A program made the position numbers and the translations under genes. 64,000 bases of DNA from Eledone cirrhosa. Taxonomy: Eukaryota. Positions within the stretch are counted from its first letter, which is position 1. Each line of letters opens with the position of its first letter. This document shows, one piece after another, positions 1 to 15,000 of the stretch. The notes below the pieces were generated by a model. The model had not been told where the DNA came from, made no database searches, and saw only the letters and a program-made list of their open reading frames with translations. The stretch covers positions 29,388,001-29,452,000 of the forward strand of contig OZ024740.1 in the NCBI GenBank assembly GCA_964016885.1, read 5' to 3'.

Positions 1-3000
1 ACCTCCAACACTGGGTGATGACACCTCCATCACTGATTCAGGACAACTCCGGGACTGGATCAGGACACTTCCAACACTGAGTGAGGACACCTCTAACACT
101 GGGGGAGGACACCTCCAACACTGGGTGAGGACACCTCCAACACTGAGTGAGGACACCTCCAACAATGAGTGAGGACACATCCAACACTGGGTGAGGACAT
201 CTCTAAAGCTGGGTGAGGACACCTCTAACACTGGGTGAGGACACCTCCAACACTGGGTGAGGACACCTCCAGCATTGGGTGAGGACATCTCCAACACTGG
301 GTGAGGACACCTCCAACACTGGGAGATGACACCTCTAACACTGGGTGAGGACACATCCAGCACTGGGTGAGGACACCTCCAACACTGGGTGAGGAGACCT
401 CCAGCATTGGGTGAGGACATCTCCAACACTGGGTGAGGACACCTCCAACACTGGGAGATGACACCTCTAACACTGAGTGAGGGCACATCCAACACTGGGT
501 GAGGACACCTCCAACACTGAGTGAGGACACCTCCAACACTGGGTGAGGACACCTCTAACACTGGGTGAGGACACCTCCAACACTGGGAGAGTACATATCT
601 AACACTGGGTCAGGACACCTCTAAAACTGGGTGAGGACAAATCCAACACTAGCTGAGGACATATCTAACACTGAGTGAGGACACCTCCAGCACTGGGTGA
701 GGACACCTCTAACACTGGGTGAGGACACCTCCAACACTGGGTGAGGACACCTCCAGCACAGGGTGAGGACACCTCCAACGCTGGGTGAGGACACCTCTAA
801 CACTTGGTGAGGACACCTCTAACACTGGGTGAAGACACCTCCAACACTGGGTGAGGACATAACTAACACTGGGTGAGGACACCTCTAACACTGGGTGAAG
901 AGACCTCCAACACTGGGTGAGGACACATCTAACACTGGGTGACGACATCTCCAACACTGAGTGAGGACACCTCCAGCACAGGGTGACGACACCTCCAACG
1001 CTGGGTGAGAACACTTCTAACATAGGGTGAGGACACCTCCAACACTTGGTGAGGACACCTCCAGCACTGGGTGAGGGCACCTCCAACACTGAGTGAGGAC
1101 ACCTCTAACACTAGGTGAAGACACCTCTAAGACTGGGTGAAGGCACATCTAACACTGGGTGAGGACACCTCCAACACTGGGTGAAGACACCTCCAACACT
1201 GGGTGAGGAAACATCCAACACTGTGAGAGCACACCTCCAACATTGAGTGAGGACACCTCTAACACTGGGTAAATACACCTCCAACACTGGGTGAGGACAC
1301 ATCTAACACTGAGTGAAGAAACCTCCAGTACTGGGTGGGGACACCTCCACAGCTGGGTGAGGACATATCTAACACTGTGTGAGGACACCTCTAACACTGG
1401 GTGAGGACACCTCCAACACTGGGTGAGGACACCTCCAGCACAGGGTGAGGACACCTCCAACGCTGGGTGAGGACAGCTCTAACACATGGTGAGGACACCT
1501 CTAACACTGGTTGAAGACATATCTAACACTGGGTGAGGAAACCTCCAGTACTGGGTGGGGACACCTCCAGCACTGGGTGAAGACATATCTAACACTGGGT
1601 GAGGAAATCTCCAATACTGGGTGAGGAAATCTCCAACACTGGGTGAGGACACCTCCAGCACAGGGTGAGGACACATCCAACGCTGGTTGAGGACACTTCT
1701 AACACTTGGTGACGACACCTCCAGCACTGGGTGAGGGCACCTCCAACACTGAGTGAGGACACATCTAACACTGGGTGAGGACACATCTAACACTGAGTGA
1801 GGACACCTCCAGCACTGGGTGAGGGCACCTCCAACACTGAGTGAGGACAACTCTAACACTGGGTGAGGACAACTCAAACACTGGGTGAGGGCACCTCCAA
1901 CACTGAGTGAGGACACCTCTAACACTGGGTGAGGATACCTCTAAAACTGGGTGAGGACACCTCTAACACTGGGTGAGGACACATCTAACACTGGGTGAGG
2001 ACATCTCCAACCCTGAGTGAGGACACCTCCAGCACAGGGTGAAGACACCTCCAACGCTGGGTTAGGACACCAACTTCACTGGGTGAGGACACATCTAACA
2101 CTGGGTGAGAACGCCTCCAACACTGATTGAGGACATCTCCAACACTGAGTGTGGACACCTATAACTCTGGGTGAGGATACCTCCAACACTGGGTGAGGAC
2201 AATTCCAACACTGAGTGAGGACACCTCTAACAATGGGTAAGGACACCTCCAACACTGGGTGAAGACACCTCTAACTCTGGGTGAGGACATCTCTAACAGT
2301 GGGTGAGGACACCTCTAACACTGGGTGAGGACACCTCCAGAACTGGGTGAGGACACATCTAACACTGTGTGAGGACACCTCCAGCACTGGGTGAGGACAC
2401 CTCCAGAACTGAGTGAGGACACGTCTAACACTGGGTGAGGACATCTCTATCACTGCGTAAGGACACCTCTAACACTGGGTGAATACACCTCAAACACTGG
2501 GTGAGGACACCTCCAACACTGGGTGATGACATCTCCAACACTGGGTGAGGACACGTCTAACACTGGGTGAGGATACCTCCAGAACTGACTGAGGACACGT
2601 CCAACAATGGGTGAGGTCATCTCTAACACTGGGTGAGGACACCTCCAACACTGGGTTACGACACCTCTAAAATTGGGTGAGGACACCTCATACACTGAGT
2701 GAGGACACCTCCAACACAGAGTGAGGACACTTCTAACTCTGGGTGAGGAAACCTCCAACACTGGGTGAAGATACCTCTAAGACTGGGTGACGACACATCT
2801 AACACTGGGTGAGGACACCTCCAACACTGGGTGAAGACACCTCCAACACTGGGTGAGGAGACCTCCAACACTGTGTGAGGACACATCCAACACTGTGTGA
2901 AGACACCTCCAACACTGATTGAGGACACTTCTAACACTGGGTAAAGACACCTCCAGCACTGGGCGAGGACACCTCTAACACTGGGTGAGGACACATCTAA

Positions 3001-6000
3001 CACTGGGTGATGATATCTCCAACACTGGTTGAGGACACATATAACATTGAGTGAGGACACCTCCAGCACTGGGTGTGGACACCTCCAGAACAGAGTGAGG
3101 ACACGTCCAACACTGGGTGAGGACATCTCTAACGCTGGGTGAGGACACCTCCAACACTGGGTGAGGACACCTCTAACACTGGGTGAGGACACCTCCAACA
3201 CTGAGTGAGGACACCTCTAACACTGAGTGAGGATACCTCTAACACTGAGTGAGGATACCTCTAACACTGGGTGAGGACACCTCCAGAACAGAGTGGGGAC
3301 ACGTCCAACACTGTGTGGGGCCACCTCCAACACTGAGTGAGGACACATCTAACACTGGGTGAGGACACATCTAACACTGAGTGAGGACAACGCAAACACT
3401 GGGTGAGGACAACTCAAACACTGGGTGAGGGCACCTTCAACACTGAGTAAGGACAACTCTAACACTGGGTGAGGACAACCCCAACACTGGGTGAGAAAAC
3501 CTCTTAAACTGGGTGAGGACACCTCTAACACAGGGTGAGGAGCCCTCCAACACTGGGAGAGGTTATCTAACACTGGGTGAGGACACCTCTAACACTGGGT
3601 GAGGACACTTCCAACACTGGCTGAGGACACATCTAACACTGAGTGAGGACACCTCCAGCTCTGGGTGAGGACACCTCCAACACTGGGTGAGTACACATCT
3701 AACACTGGGTGAGAACACCTCCGAAACTGGGTGAGGACATATCTAACACTGGGTGAGGACACCTCTAACACTGGGTGAGGACACCTCCAGCACTGGGTGA
3801 GGACACCTCCAGCACAGGGTGAGGACACATCTAACACTGAGTGAGGACAACTCTATCACTGGGTGAGGACAACTAAAACACTGGGTAAGGGCACCTCTAA
3901 CACTGAGTGAGGACAACTCTAACACTGGGTGAGGCCAACACCAACACTGGGTGAGGACACCTCTAAAACTGAGTGAGGACACCTCTAACACTGGGTGAGG
4001 ACACATCTAACACTGGGTGAGGACATCTCCAACACTGAGTGAGGACACCTCCAGCACAGGGTGAAGACACCTCCAACGCTAGGTGAGGACACCTCCAACA
4101 CTGGGTGAGGACACATCTAACACTGGGTGGGAACACCTCCAACACTGGGTGAGGACATCTCCAACACTGAGTGAGGACACCTCTAACACTGGGTGAGGAC
4201 ACCTCCAACACTGGGTGAGGACACCTCCAACACTGGTTGAATACACCTCTATCTGTGGGTGAGGACATCTCCAACGCTGGGTGAGAACACCTCTAACACT
4301 GGGTGAGGACACATCTAACACTCGGTGAGGACACCTCTAACACTTGGTGAGGATACCTCTAACACTGGGTGAGGACACCTCCAGCACTGGGAGAGGACAT
4401 ATCTAACACTGGGTGAGGACACCTCCAACACTGAGTGAGGACACCTCTAACACTGGGTGAGAACAACTCCAACACTGTGTGAGGACATATCTAACCCTGG
4501 CTGATGACACCTCTAACACTAGGTGAGGACACCTCCAACACTTAGTGAGGACACATCTAACACTGGGTGAGGACACCTCCAACACTGTGTTAGGACATAT
4601 CTAACACTGGGTGAGGACATCTTCAACACTAGCTGAGGACACATCTAACACTGGGTGAGGCCACCTCTAACACTGAGTGAGATCACCTCCAACATTGCGT
4701 GAGGACATATCTAACACTGGCTGAGGACACATCCAACACTGAGTGAGGACACCTCTAACACTGGGTGAGGACACCTCCAATACTGGGTGAGGACACCTCC
4801 AACACTGAGTGAGGACATATCTAACACTGGGTGAGGACACCTCTAACACTGGGTGAGGACACCTGCAACACTGAATGAAGACACCTCTAACAATGGGTGA
4901 GGACACCACCAACACTGGGTGAGGACACCCCTAACACTGGGTGAGGACACCTCCAACACTGAGTGAGGACACCTCCAACACTGAGTGAGGACACCTCTAA
5001 CACTGGGTGAGGATACCTCTAACACTGGGTGAGGACACCTCCAGCACTGGGTGAGAACATATCTAACACTGGGTGAGGACACCTCCAACACTGAGTGAGG
5101 ACACCTCTAACACTGGGTGAGAACAACTCCAACACTGTGTGAGGACATATCTAACACTGGCTGAGGACACCTCTAACACTAGGTGAGGACACCTCCAACA
5201 CTGGGTGAGGACACATCTAACACTGGGTGAGAACACCTCCAACACTGGGTGAGGACATATCTAACACTGAGTTAGGACACATCCAACACTGAGTGAGGAC
5301 ACCTCTACCACTTGGTGAGGACACTTCCAACACTGAGTGAGGACATATCTAACACTGGGTGAGGACACCTCTAACACTGAGTGAGGGCACCTCCAACACT
5401 GGGTGAGGACACCTCCAACAATGGGTGGAGACACCTCTAACACTGGGTGAGGACACCTCCAACACAGGGTGAGGACACCTCCAACATAGGTGAGTACAGC
5501 TCCAACACAGGGTGAGGACACCTCCAACACTGGGTGAGGACACCTCTAACACTGAGTGAGGACACCTCCAACACTGAGAGAGGGCGCGTCCAACACTGGG
5601 TGAGGACATCTCTAACACTGGTGAGGACATATCTAACACAGGGTGAGGACACCTCCAACAATGGGTGAGGACACCTCTAACACTGGGTGATGACATCTCT
5701 AACAATGGGTAAGGACACCTCCAACACTGAGTGATGACACCTCTAAAACTGTGTGAGGACACCTCCAACACTGGGTGAGGACACCTCCAGCACTGTGTGA
5801 GGACCTCTCCAACACTGGGTGAGGACACCTCCAACACTGGGTGATGACACCTCCAACACTGGGTGAAGACACCTCTAACACTGGGTGAGGACACCTCCAA
5901 CACAGGGTGAGGACACCTCCAACATAGGTTAGTACAGCTCCAACACTGAGTGAGGACACCTCTAACACAGGGTGAGGACACCTCCAACACTGGGTGAGGA

Positions 6001-9000
6001 CACCTCTAACACTGGGTGAGGATACCTCTAATACTGGGTGAGGACACCTCCAACACTGGGTGAGGACACCTCTAACACTGGGTGAGGACACCTCCAACAC
6101 TGGGTGAGGACACCCACAGCAAAGGGTGAGGACACCTCCAACGCTGGGTGAGGACACCTCTAACACTTGGTGAGGACACCTCCAGCACTGGGTGAGGGCA
6201 CCTCCAACACTGGGTGAAGACACCTCTAAGACTGGGTGAAGGCACATCTAACACTGGGTGAGGACACCTCCAACACTGTGTGAAGACACCTCCAACACTG
6301 GGTGAGGAAACATCCAACACTGTGAGAGCACACCTCCAACATTGAGTGAGGACACCTCTAACACTGGGTAAATACACCTCCAACACTGGGTGAGGACACA
6401 TCTAACACTGAGTGAAGAAACCTCCAGTACTGGGTGGGGACACCTCCACAACTGGGTGAGGACATATCTAACACTGGGTGAGGACACCTCTAACACTGGG
6501 TGAGGACACCTCCAACACTGGGTGAGGACACCTCCAGCACAGGGTGAGGTCACCTCCAACGCTGGGTGAGGACAGCTCTAACACATGGTGAGGACACCTC
6601 TAACACTGGTTGAAGACATATCTAACACTGGGTGAGGAAACCTCCAGTACTGGGTGGGGACACCTCCAGCACTGGGTGAAGACATATCTAACACTGGGTG
6701 AGGAAATCTCCAATACTGGGTGAGGAAATCTCCAACACTGGGTGAGGACACCTCCAGCACAGGGTGAGGACACATCCAACGCTGGGTGAGGACACCTCTA
6801 ACACTTGGTGACGACACCTCCAGCACTGGGTGAGGGCACCTCCAACACTGAGTGAGGACACATCTAACACTGGGTGAGGACACATCTAACACTGAGTGAG
6901 GACACATCTAACACTGAGTGAGGACACCTCCAGCACTGGGTGAGGGCACCTCCAACACTGAGTGAGGACAACTCTAACACTGGGTGAGGACAACTCAAAC
7001 ACTGGGTGAGGGCACCTCCAACACTGAGTGAGGACACCTCTAACACTGGGTGAGGACACCTCTAAAACTGGGTGAGGACACCTCTAACACTGGGTGAGGA
7101 CACATCTAACACTGGGTGAGAACGCCTCCAACACTGAGTGAGGACATCTCCAACACTGAGTGTGGACACCTATAACTCTGGGTGAGGATACCTCCAATAC
7201 TGGGTGAGGACAATTCCAACACTGAGTGAGGACACCTCTAACAATGGGTAAGGACATCTCCAACACTGGGTGAAGACACCTCTAACTCTGGGTGAGGATA
7301 TCTCTAACACTGGGTGAGGACACGTCTAACACTGGGTGAGGACACATCTAACACTCGGTGAGGACACCTCTAACACTGGGTGAAGACACCTCTAACACTG
7401 GGTGAGGACACATCTAACACTGTGTGAGGACACCTCCAGCACTGGGGGAGGACACCTCCAGAACTGAGTGAGAACACGTCCAACACTGGGTGAGGACATC
7501 TCTATCACTGTGTGAGGACACCTCTAACACTGTGTGAGGACACCTCCAGAACTGAGTGAGGACACGTCCAACACTGAGTGAGGACACATCTAACACTGTG
7601 TGAGGACACCTCCAGCACTGGGTGAGGACACCTCCAGAACTGAGTGAGGACACGTCCAACACTGGGTGAGGACACGTCTAACACTGGGTGAGGACACCTC
7701 CAGAACTGAGTGAGGACACGTCCAACAATGGGTGAGGTCATCTCTAACACTGGGTGAGGACACCTCGAACACTGGGTTACGACACCTCTAAAATTGGGTG
7801 AGGACTCCTCATTCACTGAGTGAGGACACCTCCAACACAGAGTGAGGACACCTCTAACTCTGGGTGAGGAAACCTCCAACACTGGGTGAAGACACCTCTA
7901 AGACTGGGTGAAGACACATCTAACACTGGGTGAGGACACCTCCAACACTGGGTGAAGACACCTCCAACACTGGGTGAGGACACATCCAACACTGTGTGAG
8001 GACACCTCCAACACTGATTGAGGACACCTCTAACACTGGGTAAAGACACCTCCAACACTGGGCGAGGACACCTCTAACACTGGGTGAGGACACATCTAAC
8101 ACTGGGTGATGATATCTCCAACACTGGTTGAGGACACATCTAACATTGAGTGAGGACACCTCCAGCACTGGGTGAGGACACCTCCAGAACAGAGTGAGGA
8201 CACGTCCAACACTGGGTGAGGACATCTCTAACAGTGGGTGAGGACACCTCCAACACTGAGTGAGGACACCTCTAACACTGAGTGAGGATACCTCTAACAC
8301 TGAGTGAGGATACCTCTAACACTGGGTGAGGACATCTCCAACACTGGGTGAGGACACCTCCAGCACTGGGTGGGGCCACCTCCAACACTGAGTGAGGACA
8401 CATCTAACACTGGGTGAGGACACATCTAACACTGAGTGAGGACAACTCAAACACTGGGTGAGGGCACCTTCAAAACTGAGTAAGGACAACTCTAACACTG
8501 TGTGAGGACAACCCCAACACTGAGTGAGAAAACCCCTAAAACTGGGTGAGGACACCTCTAACACAGGGTGAGGAGCCCTCCAACACTGGGAGAGGTTATC
8601 TAACACTGGGAGAGGACACCTCTAACACTGGGTGAGGACACTTCAAACACTGGCTGAGGACACATCTAACACTGAGTGGGAACACCTCCAGCTCTGGGTG
8701 AGGACACCTCCAACACTGGGTGAGTACACATCTAACACTGGGTGAGAACACCTCCGAAACTGGGTGAGGACACCTCTAACACTGGGTGAGGACACCTCTA
8801 ACACTTGTTCAGGACACCTCAACCACTTGGTAAGAACACCTCCAGCACTGGGTAAGGGCACCTCCAACACTGAGTGAGGACACATCTAACACTGAGTGAG
8901 GACAACTCTATCACTGGGTGAGGACAACTAAAACACTGGGTAAGGGCACCTCTAACACTGAGTGAGGACAACTCTAACACTGGGTGAGGCCAACACCAAC

Positions 9001-12000
9001 ACTGGGTGAGGACACCTCTAAAACTGAGTGAGGACACCTCTAACACTGGGTGAGGACACATCTAACACTGGGTGAGGACATCTCCAACACTGAGTGAGGA
9101 CACCTCCAGCACAGGGTGAAGACACCTCCAACGCTGGGTGAGGACACCTCCAACACTGGGTGAGGACACATCTAACACTGGGTGGGAACACCTCCAACAC
9201 TGGGTGAGGACATCTCCAACACTGAGTGAGGACACCTCTAACACTGGGTGAGGACACCTCCAACACTGGGTGAGGACACCTCCAACACTGGGTGAGGAGA
9301 CTTCCAACACTGTGTGAGGACACATCCAACACTGTGTGAGGACACCTCCAGCACTGGGTGAGAACATATCTAACACTGGGTGAGGACACCTCCAACACTG
9401 AGTGAGGACACCTCTAACACTGGGTGAGAACAACTCCAACACTGTGTGAGGACATATCTAACACTGGCTGAGGACACCTCTAACACTAGGTGAGGACACC
9501 TCCAACACTGGGTGAGGACACATCTAACACTGGGTGAGAACACCTCCAACACTGGGTGAGGACATATCTAACACTGAGTTAGGACACATCCAACACTGAG
9601 TGAGGACACCTCTACCACTTGGTGAGGACACTTCCAACACTGAGTGAGGACATATCTAACACTGGGTGAGGACACCTCTAACACTGAGTGAGGGCACCTC
9701 CAACACTGGGTGAGGACACCTCCAACACTGGGTGGAGACACCTCTAACACTGGGTGAGGACACCTCCAACACAGGGTGAGGACACCTCCAACATAGGTGA
9801 GTACAGCTCCAACACAGGGTGAGGACACCTCCAACACTGAGTGAGGACACCTCCAACACTGAGAGAGGGCGCGTCCAACACTAGGTGAGGACATCTCTAA
9901 CACTGGTGAGGACATATCTAACACAGGGTGAGGACACCTCCAACAATGGGTGAGGACACCTCTAACACTGGGTGATGACATCTCTAACAATGGGTAAGGA
10001 CACCTCCAACACTGAGTGATGACACCTCTAAAACTGTGTGAGGACACCTCCAACACTGGGTGAGGACACCTCCAGCACTGTGTGAGGACCTCTCCAACAC
10101 TGGGTGAGGACACCTCCAACACTGGGTGATGACACCTCCAACACTGGGTGAAGACACCTCTAACACTGTGTGAGGACACCTCCAACACAGGGTGAGGACA
10201 CCTCCAACATAGGTTAGTACAGCTCCAACACTGAGTGAGGACACCTCTAACACAGGGTGAGGACACCTCCAACACTGGGTGAGGACACCTCTAACACTGG
10301 GTGAGGATACCTCTAATACTGGGTGAGGACACCTCCAACACTGGGTGAGGACACCTCTAACACTGGGTGAGGACACCTCCAACACTGGGTGAGGACACCC
10401 ACAGCAAAGGGTGAGGACACCTCCAACGCTGGGTGAGGATACCTCTAACACTTGGTGAGGACACCTCTAACACATGGTGAGGACACCTCCAGCACTGGGT
10501 GAGGGCACCTCCAACACAGAGTGAGGACACCTCTAACACTGGGTGAAGACACCTCTAAGACTGGGTGAAGGCACATCTAACACTGGGTGAGGACACCTCC
10601 AACACTGTGTGAAGACACCTCCAACACTGGGTGAGGAAACATCCAACACTGTGAGAGCACACCTCCAACATTGAGTGAGGACACCTCTAACACTGGGTAA
10701 ATACACCTCCAACACTGGGTGAGGACACATCTAACACTGAGTGAAGAAACCTCCAGTACTGGGTGGGGACACCTCCACAACTGGGTGAGGACATATCTAA
10801 CACTGGGTGAGGACACCTCTAACACTGGGTGAGGACACCTCCAACACTGGGTGAGGACACCTCCAGCACAGGGTGAGGACACCTCCAACGCTGGGTGAGG
10901 ACAGCTCTAACACATGGTGAGGACACCTCTAACACTGGTTGAAGACATATCTAACACTGGGTGAGGAAACCTCCAGTACTGGGTGGGGACACCTCCAGCA
11001 CTGGGTGAAGACATATCTAACACTGGGTGAGGAAATCTCCAATACTGGGTGAGGAAATCTGCAACACTGGGTGAGGACACCTCCAGCACAGGGTGAGGAC
11101 ACATCCAACGCTGGGTGAGGACACCTCTAACACTTGGTGACGACACCTCCAGCACTGGGTGAGGGCACCTCCAACACTGAGTGAGGACACATCTAACACT
11201 GGGTGAGGACACATCTAACACTGAGTGAGGACACATCTAACACTGAGTGAGGACACCTCCAGCACTGGGTGAGGGCACCTCCAACACTGAGTGAGGACAA
11301 CTCTAACACTGGGTGAGGACAACTCAAACACTGGGTGAGGGCACCTCCAACACTGAGTGAGGACACCTCAAACACTGGGTGAGGACACCTCTAAAACTGG
11401 GTGAGGACACCTCTAACACTGGGTGAGGACACATCTAACACTGGGTGAGAACGCCTCCAACACTGAGTGAGGACATCTCCAACACTGAGTGTGGACACCT
11501 ATAACTCTGGGTGAGGATACCTCCAATACTGGGTGAGGACAATTCCAACACTGAGTGAGGACACCTCTAACAATGGGTAAGGACACCTCCAACACTGGGT
11601 GAAGACACCTCTAACTCTGGGTGAGGATATCTCTAACACTGGGTGAGGACACGTCTAACACTGGGTGAGGACACATCTAACACTCGGTGAGGACACCTCT
11701 AACACTGGGTGAAGACACCTCTAACACTGGGTGAGGACACATCTAACACTGTGTGAGGACACCTCCAGCACTGGGGGAGGACACCTCCAGAACTGAGTGA
11801 GAACACGTCCAACACTGGGTGAGGACATCTCTATCACTGTGTGAGGACACCTCTAACACTGTGTGAGGACACCTCCAGAACTGAGTGAGGACACGTCCAA
11901 CACTGAGTGAGGACACATCTAACACTGTGTGAGGACACCTCCAGCACTGGGTGAGGACACCTCCAGAACTGAGTGAGGACACGTCCAACATTGGGTGAGG

Positions 12001-15000
12001 ACAACTCTATCACTGCTTGAGGACACCTCTAACACTGGGTGAAGACACCTCTAACACTGGGTGAGGACACCTCCAACACTGGGTGATGACATCTCCAACA
12101 CTGGGTGAGGACACGTCTAACACTGGGTGAGGACACCTCCAGAACTGAGTGAGGACACGTCCAACAATGGGTGAGGTCATCTCTAACACTGGGTGAGGAC
12201 ACCTCGAACACTGGGTTACGACACGTCTAAAATTGGGTGAGGACACCTCATACACTGAGTGAGGACACCTCCAACACAGAGTGAGGACACCTCTAACTCT
12301 GGGTGAGGAAACCTCCAACACTGGGTGAAGACACCTTTAAGACTGGGTGAAGACACATCTAACACTGGGTGAGGACACCTCCAACACTGGGTAAAGACAC
12401 CTCCAACACTGGGTGAGGAGACCTCCAACACTGTGTGAGGACACATCCAACACTGTGTGAGGACACCTCCAACACTGATTGAGGACACCTCTAACACTGG
12501 GTAAAGACACCTCCAACACTGGGCGAGGACACCTCTAACACTGGGTGAGGACACATCTAACACTGGGTGATGATATCTCCAACACTGGTTGAGGACACAT
12601 CTAACATTGTGTGAGGACACCTCCAGCACTGGGTGAGGACACCTCCAGAACAGAGTGAGGACACGTCCAACACTGGGTGAGGACATCTCTAACACTGGGT
12701 GAGGACACCTCCAACACTGAGTGAGGACACCTCTAACACTGAGTGAGGATACCTCTAACACTGAGTGAGGATACCTCTAACACTGGGTGAGGACATCTCC
12801 AACACTGGGTGAGGACACCTCCAGCACTGGGTGGGGCCACCTCCAACACTGAGTGAGGACACATCTAACACTGGGTGAGGACACATCTAACACTGAGTGA
12901 GGACAACTCAAACACTGGGTGAGGGCACCTTCAAAACTGAGTAAGGACAACTCTAACACTGTGTGAGGACAACCCCAACACTGAGTGAGAAAACCTCTAA
13001 AACTGGGTGAGGACACCTCTAACACAGGGTGAGGAGCCCTCCAACACTGGGAGAGGTTATCTAACACTGGGAAAGGACACCTCTAACACTGGGTGAGGAC
13101 ACTTCCAACTCTGGCTGAGGACACATCTAACACTGAGTGGGAACACCTCCAGCTCTGGGTGAGGACACCTCCAACACTGGGTGAGTACACATCTAACACT
13201 GGGTGAGAACACCTCCGAAACTGGGTGAGGACACCTCTAACACTGGGTGAGGACACCTCTAACACTTGTTCAGGACACCTCAACCACTTGGTAAGAACAC
13301 CTCCAGCACTGGGTAAGGGCACCTCCAACACTGAGTGAGGACACATCTAACACTGAGTGAGGACAACTCTATCACTGGGTGAGGACAACTAAAACACTGG
13401 GTAAGGGCACCTCTAACACTGAGTGAGGACAACTCTAACACTGGGTGAGGCCAACACCAACACTGGGTGAGGACACCTCTAAAACTGAGTGAGGACACCT
13501 CTAACACTGGGTGAGGACACATCTAACACTGGGTGAGGACATCTCCAACACTGAGTGAGGACACCTCCAGCACAGGGTGAAGACACCTCCAACGCTGGGT
13601 GAGGACACCTCCAACACTGGGTGAGGACACATATAACACTGGGTGGGAACACCTCCAACACTGGGTGAGGACATCTCCAACACTGAGTGAGGACACCTCT
13701 AACACTGGGTGAGGACACCTCCAACACTGGGTGAGGACACCTCCAACACTGGGTGAATACACCTCTAACTGTGGGTGAGGACATCTCCAACGCTGGGTGA
13801 GAACACCTCTAACACTGGGTGAGGACACATCTAACACTCGGTGAGGACACCTCTAACACTTGGTGAGGATACCTCTAACACTGTGTGAGGACACCTCCAG
13901 CACTGGGAGAGGACATATCAAACACTGGGTGAGGACACCTCCAACACTGAGTGAGGACACCTCTAACACTGGGTGAGAACAACTCCAACACTGTGTGAGG
14001 ACATATCTAACCCTGGCTGATGACACCTCTAACACTAGGTGAGGACACCTCCAACACTTACTGAGGACACATCTAACACTGGGTGAGGACACCTCCAACA
14101 CTGTGTTAGGACATATCTAACACTGGGTGAGGACATCTTCAACACTAGCTGAGGACACATCTAACACTGGGTGAAGCCACCTCTAACACTGAGTGAGATC
14201 ACCTCCAACATTGGGTGAGGACATATCTAACACTGGCTGAGGACACATCCAAGACTGAGTGAGGACACCTCTAACACTGGGTGAGGACACCTCCAATACT
14301 GGGTGAGAACACCTCCAACACTGAGTGAGGACATATCTAACACTGGGTGAGGACACCTCTAACACTGGGTGAGGACACCTGCAACACTGAATGAAGACAC
14401 CTCTAACAATGGGTGAGGACACCACCAACACTGGGTGAGGACACCCCTAACACTGGGTGAGGACACCTCCAACACTGAGTGAGGACACCTCCAACACTGA
14501 GTGAGGACACCTCTAACACTGGGTGAGGATACCTCTAACACTGGGTGAGGACACCTCCAGCACTGGGTGAGAACATATCTAACACTGGGTGAGGACACCT
14601 CCAACACTGAGTGAGGACACCTCTAACACTGGGTGAGAACAACTCCAGCACTGTGTGAGGACATATCTAACACTGGCTGAGGACACCTCTAACACTAGGT
14701 GAGGACACCTCCAACACTGAGTGAGGACACATCTAACACTGGGTGAGAACACCTCCAACACTGGGTGAGGACATATCTAACACTGAGTGAGGACACATCC
14801 AACACTGAGTGAGGACACCTCTACCACTTGGTGAGGACACTTCCAACACTGAGTGAGGACATATCTAACACTGGGTGAGCACACCTCTAACACTGAGTGA
14901 GGGCACCTCCAACACTGGGTGAGGACACCTCCAACACTGGGTGGAGACACCTCTAACACTGGGTGAGGACACCTCCAACACAGGGTGAGGACACCTCCAA